From Mantamonas sphyraenae STR306 (Eukaryota > Protista > CRuMs), in contig JAPMXV010000001.1 of assembly GCA_026936335.1 (NCBI GenBank), positions 377,343-441,342 on the forward strand: a DNA stretch of 64,000 bases. The letters run 5' to 3'. The number at the start of each line of letters is the position of its first letter. Positions within the stretch are counted from its first letter, which is position 1. Both the position numbers and the translations under genes were made by a program. Shown in pieces: positions 59,991 through 64,000 of this stretch. The notes below the pieces were generated by a model. It did no database searches and was not told where the DNA came from. It saw only the letters and a list, made by a program, of their open reading frames with translations.

Positions 59991-62900
59991 TCATTCGAGG
60001 CGTTGGCGTTTGGAGGAGGAGGAGGAGGAGGAGGAGGAGGAGGAGGAGGAGGAGGAGGAGGAGGAAGGGTCTTTGCGCTTGGGCAGGGTGAAGGAGGGGA
60101 TGGGGTAGGCGTCGACGAGTGCAGGGGTGGTGGGACGGGTGGTGATGTGGGGTGTGATGCGGTCGAGGAGGGTGTGCAGGAGGGTGTGCAGTGTGGCGTC
60201 GTTGCGTTTGGGCTTGTCGAGCCAGGCGATCTTGAGGGAGAGGGAGGTGACACCGCGGGTGAGGGTGTCGCTGATGGCAGGTTGCAACCGCTTGTAGGTG
60301 AGTTGTGGCCTGAGGAGGCGGACAAAGAAGGCCAGGTCAACAGGCGGCACGCCCACGTTGCCCAGCGCCAGGATGATGTGTCGCAGCAGGGACATCTTGC
60401 TGCCGTTGTTGATCAGCTCACGCAGTGCATGGTGCTCGTGTGTGTGCTGATGGCGAGGGTGCTTGGCTGCGCGTGTCTTCATGTGTGCCAGCAGCGTCTG
60501 GAACTCCCGCGCCGTGCAGCTGCCTCGCTCGTCTCCGGTCTTGCTCCAGCCACTGCGCACAGACACGGGATGCCACTTTTCCACCTTGGTGGTGGTGAGA
60601 TGGTGGTCGTAGTCGCCTTGTGTCCAGTGTGGGTCGCCGTCGTTGTCAGCAGGGCGTCGTTCTTCCTGCAGCCGCAGCTGGGTCTGCTCGTGCTCCTTCC
60701 AGGTGGTGGGATGGGGCCTGTCGCCGAGAGTGTCCATCTCAATCATGATGAGGTGGAGGAGGGCGTAGTTGGGGTCGCCGTGGTCATGTGGCTCATCCAG
60801 CCAGCACACCTTCAACCCCGCCTTTGTCACACCCATGGCCAGACCAGCGTCGTGGATGGCGAGTCTGCAGACCTGTTGATCCATATCATGGCCGAGAAGG
60901 GTGAGGCAGAAGGCCATGTCACCCTGTGAGAGGGGAATGTTGCCCAGAGCGAGCTGAATCTGTCGGATCAGCGTGGTCGTGGTGCCATGACAGACCACAA
61001 CACGCGCCTGCAGGGTCATGAGGTCGAGGATGTTGTCGATGGGATGCTCGTTGGCCAGAGTGTGCATGTACTTCAGCAGTGCCGTGTGCTCCTTCTTGTT
61101 GCTGTGCATGCGCTCGCTCTTGCGCCAGTTTGTCCAGCCACTGCGCACAACGCCATCTGGCAGTCCATCCTCCACGGCCAGCATCTCCTCTTCTGTGGGC
61201 TCAGGAAGAAGAAGCTTGGGGATGTCGAGGGTGTTGACAGCGTCGGCGGTGGTGGGGCGGGTGGTAATGTGGGGTGTAATGCGGTCGATGAGGGTGTGGA
61301 GGAGGGTGTGCAGCGTGGCGTCGCTGGGTTGGGGGTTGTCAAGCCAGGCGATCTTGAGAGAGAGGGAGGTGACACCGCGGGTGAGGGTGTCGCTGATGGC
61401 AGGTTGCACCTGCTTGTAGGTGAGTCGTGGCCGGAGGAGGCGGACAAAGAAGGCCAGGTCGACAGGCGGCACGCCAACGTTGCCCAGCGCCAGGATGATG
61501 TGTCGCAGCAGGGACAGCAGGCTGCCGTTGTTGACCAGCTCACGCAGTGCATGGTTCTCGTGTGTGTGTTGATGGCGAGGGTGCTTGGCTGCGCGTGCCT
61601 TCATGTGTGCCAGCAGCGTCTGGAACTCCCGCGCCGTGCAGCTGCCACGCTCGTCTGCGGTGTGGCTCCAGCCACTGCGCACAGACTCAGGATGCCAATT
61701 ATCCACCGTGGTGGTGGCGAGGTGGTGGTCGTAGTCGCATTGAGTCCAGTGTGGGTCGCTGTCGTTGTCAGCAGGGCGTCGTGCTTCCTGCAGCCGCAGC
61801 TGGGTCTGCCGGTGCTCCTTCCAGGTGGTGGGATGGGACTTGTTGCCGAAAGTGTCCATCTCAGTCATGATCAGGTGGAGGAGGGCGTAGTTGGGGTCGC
61901 CATGGTCGTGTGGCTCCTCCAGCCAGCACACCTTCAACTCAGCCTTTGTCACACCCACGGCCAGACCAGCGTATCGGATGGCATCGCTGGTCCCTATGTG
62001 ATCCATGTCATGGCCCAGAAGGATGAGGCAGAAGGCCATGTCACCCTGGGAGAGGGGAATGTTGCCCAAACAGAGCTGAATCTGTCGAACCAGCGTGTTC
62101 AAGGTGCCATGGCAGACCACAACACGCGCCTGCAGGGTTCTGAGGTCGGGGATGTTGTCAATGGGATGATCGTTGGCCAGGGTGTGCATGTGGTTCAGCA
62201 GTGCCGTGTGCTCCTTCTGGTTGCTGCGGCTGCGCTCGTCGCTGGGTCCCTTTGTCCACCCTTTGCGCACAACGCCATCTGGCAACTTGTTCGTCTTGTC
62301 CACGACTGATTTCTTCCGTGCGCCGTTGTCTCCGTTCTTGGCCCTCCTTGCCCGTGTGCTCGACGTTCCTGTCTCTGTGCCACTGCCAGCCGTGGCTCTG
62401 ATTCTGCGCTGTCCGCTGCCTTTCGTCTGTTGTGGACCAGTGCGACGGCTGGTCTGGCCTCTGCGACGTTGTGTGCAGACTCTACTGGTGCGCCTCGGCT
62501 GCCACTCGTCCGTGTCCTCCTGCTCCGTGTCGTCTGCGTCGTCGCTGTCGTCTTGCAGCATGTACTCCTCATCCATGGCATCACCAGTCTCTGCAATGAA
62601 GAGTGCACCCTGAGTATCCAACTCGTCGTCCACGTGCTGCTGTGTTGCCTCGTTTGCCTCGCCGTATTCTTCGTACGCCTCCATCCATGAGCTGGTCATC
62701 CACTCTGAGTTGCTGGAGGTTGTTCGTGGTTCTCGGTGGCCGAAGTTCAGGAACATCAGATCCTCCACGTCGCCAGTGTCATGTGTGTGTGTGTCCTGGT
62801 CTGCGTCGTCGTCGTCGCTGTCTCCAGTCTGCTGTGTGACCTGGTGGGAGGACGACGACGATGTGGTGGTGGATGTGGTCCGTGTGATGCCCACAAAGGC

Positions 62901-63173
62901 AGGACTGATGCGTTTTGGGACGCGGTTGTGGTTTGTGGTGGGTTGAGCAGGCGGAGGGTGCGACGGAGGCTGGGCGTTTTGTCGCGGTTGAGGAGGCGGG
63001 GGCGGAGGGTAGGCGTAGTATGGGTGGCCCTGATGAGCATATGCGTGGTGCTGCTGAGGGTGGGTGGTGACAGGGATCCAGATGATGGGTGGTTGTGGGT
63101 GCTGGTACGGGTTTTGTACGCCAGAGACGGGCAGCATGTTCGGAAACGGCTGGGCAGCCATGGGAGGGACCAT
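59991..63173 (-). CDS. Subtelomeric repeat-domain gene, copy 3 (intact, 1060 aa): P/Q-rich + acidic N-terminus, 2x ~374-aa domains, NLS-like tail; putative HTH DNA-binding protein
   Basis: Uninterrupted ORF. LPDGVVR(K/S)GW starts each domain (62285 and 61163, period 1122 nt); ends PKRKDP(S)18KRQRLE. No family recognised; function is inference. Confidence 0.85.
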   Translation of the reverse strand: MVPPMAAQPFPNMLPVSGVQNPYQHPQPPIIWIPVTTHPQQHHAYAHQGHPYYAYPPPPPPQPRQNAQPPSHPPPAQPTTNHNRVPKRISPAFVGITRTTSTTTSSSSSHQVTQQTGDSDDDDADQDTHTHDTGDVEDLMFLNFGHREPRTTSSNSEWMTSSWMEAYEEYGEANEATQQHVDDELDTQGALFIAETGDAMDEEYMLQDDSDDADDTEQEDTDEWQPRRTSRVCTQRRRGQTSRRTGPQQTKGSGQRRIRATAGSGTETGTSSTRARRAKNGDNGARKKSVVDKTNKLPDGVVRKGWTKGPSDERSRSNQKEHTALLNHMHTLANDHPIDNIPDLRTLQARVVVCHGTLNTLVRQIQLCLGNIPLSQGDMAFCLILLGHDMDHIGTSDAIRYAGLAVGVTKAELKVCWLEEPHDHGDPNYALLHLIMTEMDTFGNKSHPTTWKEHRQTQLRLQEARRPADNDSDPHWTQCDYDHHLATTTVDNWHPESVRSGWSHTADERGSCTAREFQTLLAHMKARAAKHPRHQHTHENHALRELVNNGSLLSLLRHIILALGNVGVPPVDLAFFVRLLRPRLTYKQVQPAISDTLTRGVTSLSLKIAWLDNPQPSDATLHTLLHTLIDRITPHITTRPTTADAVNTLDIPKLLLPEPTEEEMLAVEDGLPDGVVRSGWTNWRKSERMHSNKKEHTALLKYMHTLANEHPIDNILDLMTLQARVVVCHGTTTTLIRQIQLALGNIPLSQGDMAFCLTLLGHDMDQQVCRLAIHDAGLAMGVTKAGLKVCWLDEPHDHGDPNYALLHLIMIEMDTLGDRPHPTTWKEHEQTQLRLQEERRPADNDGDPHWTQGDYDHHLTTTKVEKWHPVSVRSGWSKTGDERGSCTAREFQTLLAHMKTRAAKHPRHQHTHEHHALRELINNGSKMSLLRHIILALGNVGVPPVDLAFFVRLLRPQLTYKRLQPAISDTLTRGVTSLSLKIAWLDKPKRNDATLHTLLHTLLDRITPHITTRPTTPALVDAYPIPSFTLPKRKDPSSSSSSSSSSSSSSSSSSKRQRLE

Positions 63174-63839
63174 GTACCCGTAGCTGTTGGGAGAAGCGGA
63201 GGGGCAGGGTGGGGTGGGAACGGTGAGTGGAAGGCGGACTGGACGCTGTCAGAGCAGAAGCGGGGTGAAGGGAGGCTGGAACGAGCAGAGAGGGAAAACG
63301 GAGGAGATTGGCAGACGGGAAAATGGCAACGGGGAGGGCAGTGACAGGGGAGAGGGGATCGGAGAAGAGCGGAAAAGGCAGCAGGGGTGGTGATGGGGAA
63401 GTGGAGATGCAGGGGAGGAGTGCAGGGAAGCGACGGAGGCATGGAGGAGGCAAGGAAGCGGGGGAAGCGGGCAGTCAGAAAACGGAGTGGAAGGCAGAAC
63501 GCACGCTGGGTAGGTGTTGGGTGTGTGTTGTTGCTTCGGAGTGCTTGAGTAGTCTTTGTCCATGGTGGTGGTGGTGGTACTGGGATGTATGCGGATTGTG
63601 TTGGACAGGTGGAGGGTGTTGTGGGTGTTGGTGATACTTCGGTTGAAGGCGGATGGGCAGTGCTGACTGCACGGCGTTGCAGGACCACGGCCACTCACCA
63701 GCAACATTCCCACTCCCACCCATTGCCCACTGCCTCATGTCACCACCCTACTCAGCCACTGTGTCAGCGAACGCAATCACAACTCACCTGACCTAGACCT
63801 GACTCATCACATCAAGTTTCAACCCACCCAAGATAAGGG

Positions 63840-64000
63840 TTAGGGTTAGCGTTAGCGTTAGGGTTAGGGTTAGGGTTAGGGTTAGGGTTAGGGTTAGGGT
63901 TAGGGTTAGGGTTAGGGTTAGGGTTAGGGTTAGGGTTAGGGTTAGGGTTAGGGTTAGGGTTAGGGTTAGGGTTAGGTTAGGGTTAGGGTTAGGGTTAGGT
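63840..64000 (+). repeat. Telomeric repeat (TTAGGG)n, right chromosome end
   Basis: Tandem TTAGGG to the end of the window, G-strand on +. Proximal variants TAAGGG and 2x TTAGCG, plus one TTAGG. Confidence 0.98.

Larger units (their letters stand above)
52817..63655. repeat. Head-to-tail subtelomeric array: 3 gene units, 6 copies of a ~1.12-kb domain
   Basis: Domain starts (minus strand) at 62285, 61163, 58390, 57265, 55089 and 53965. Upstream regions 59297-59785 and 63174-63655 are homologous. Confidence 0.95.

Noticed and set aside
54373-62309. Long + strand ORFs over the array (e.g. 56125-57339, 57371-58798, 60987-62309)
   Set aside because: Antisense shadows of C-ending codon bias. The same occurs opposite most genes in this GC-rich window.
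52817-63655. Array as telomeric retrotransposons (HeT-A/TART-like orientation) or DNA transposons
   Set aside because: No RT, endonuclease, CCHC knuckle or DDE motif, no poly(A) tails and no terminal inverted repeats seen. One junction carries a host-gene fragment, and canonical TTAGGG repeats are present.
63770-63820. Possible LRR remnant (QLT-DLDLT) just before the telomere
   Set aside because: Too short, and it needs a frameshift; not supportable.
1-64000. CRISPR arrays, tRNA/rRNA genes, diversity-generating retroelement
   Set aside because: No repeat-spacer periodicity or RNA-gene signature seen. Variation in the array is not adenine-restricted and no RT is present.

Overview
Right-hand end of a chromosome from a GC-rich, very gene-dense eukaryote with short GT-AG introns. 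The LRRC56, COMMD7 and channel-type adenylyl cyclase genes fit a flagellated protist. About 24 ordinary or conserved genes fill 1-52.6 kb: COMMD7, SelS-like, channel-adenylyl cyclase, LRRC56, MFE-2, TMEM214, Afi1/MesA DENN, LRR-BTB-MATH, PGP, LysM, eIF6, NDUFA9, 12-TM cyclase, M3 oligopeptidase, OSBP, NDUFAF8, Ariadne, BLTP3, PRA1, RecQ, RibD-C and others. The last 11 kb hold a head-to-tail array of three copies of an unrecognised ~1060-aa gene, followed by a (TTAGGG)n telomere. Each copy encodes a Pro/Gln-rich and acidic N-terminus, two ~374-aa domains and a C-terminal NLS-like tail. Each domain is itself two diverged ~185-aa modules. The six domain copies share a nearly invariant framework, but three hypervariable patches sit at equivalent positions in every module, and one falls on a predicted helix-turn-helix recognition helix. 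This candidate family of subtelomeric, diversifying, modular DNA-binding proteins is the best lead for a new system; its function is inferred, not shown. All gene calls are by motif recognition without database searches, and exon boundaries were read by eye.
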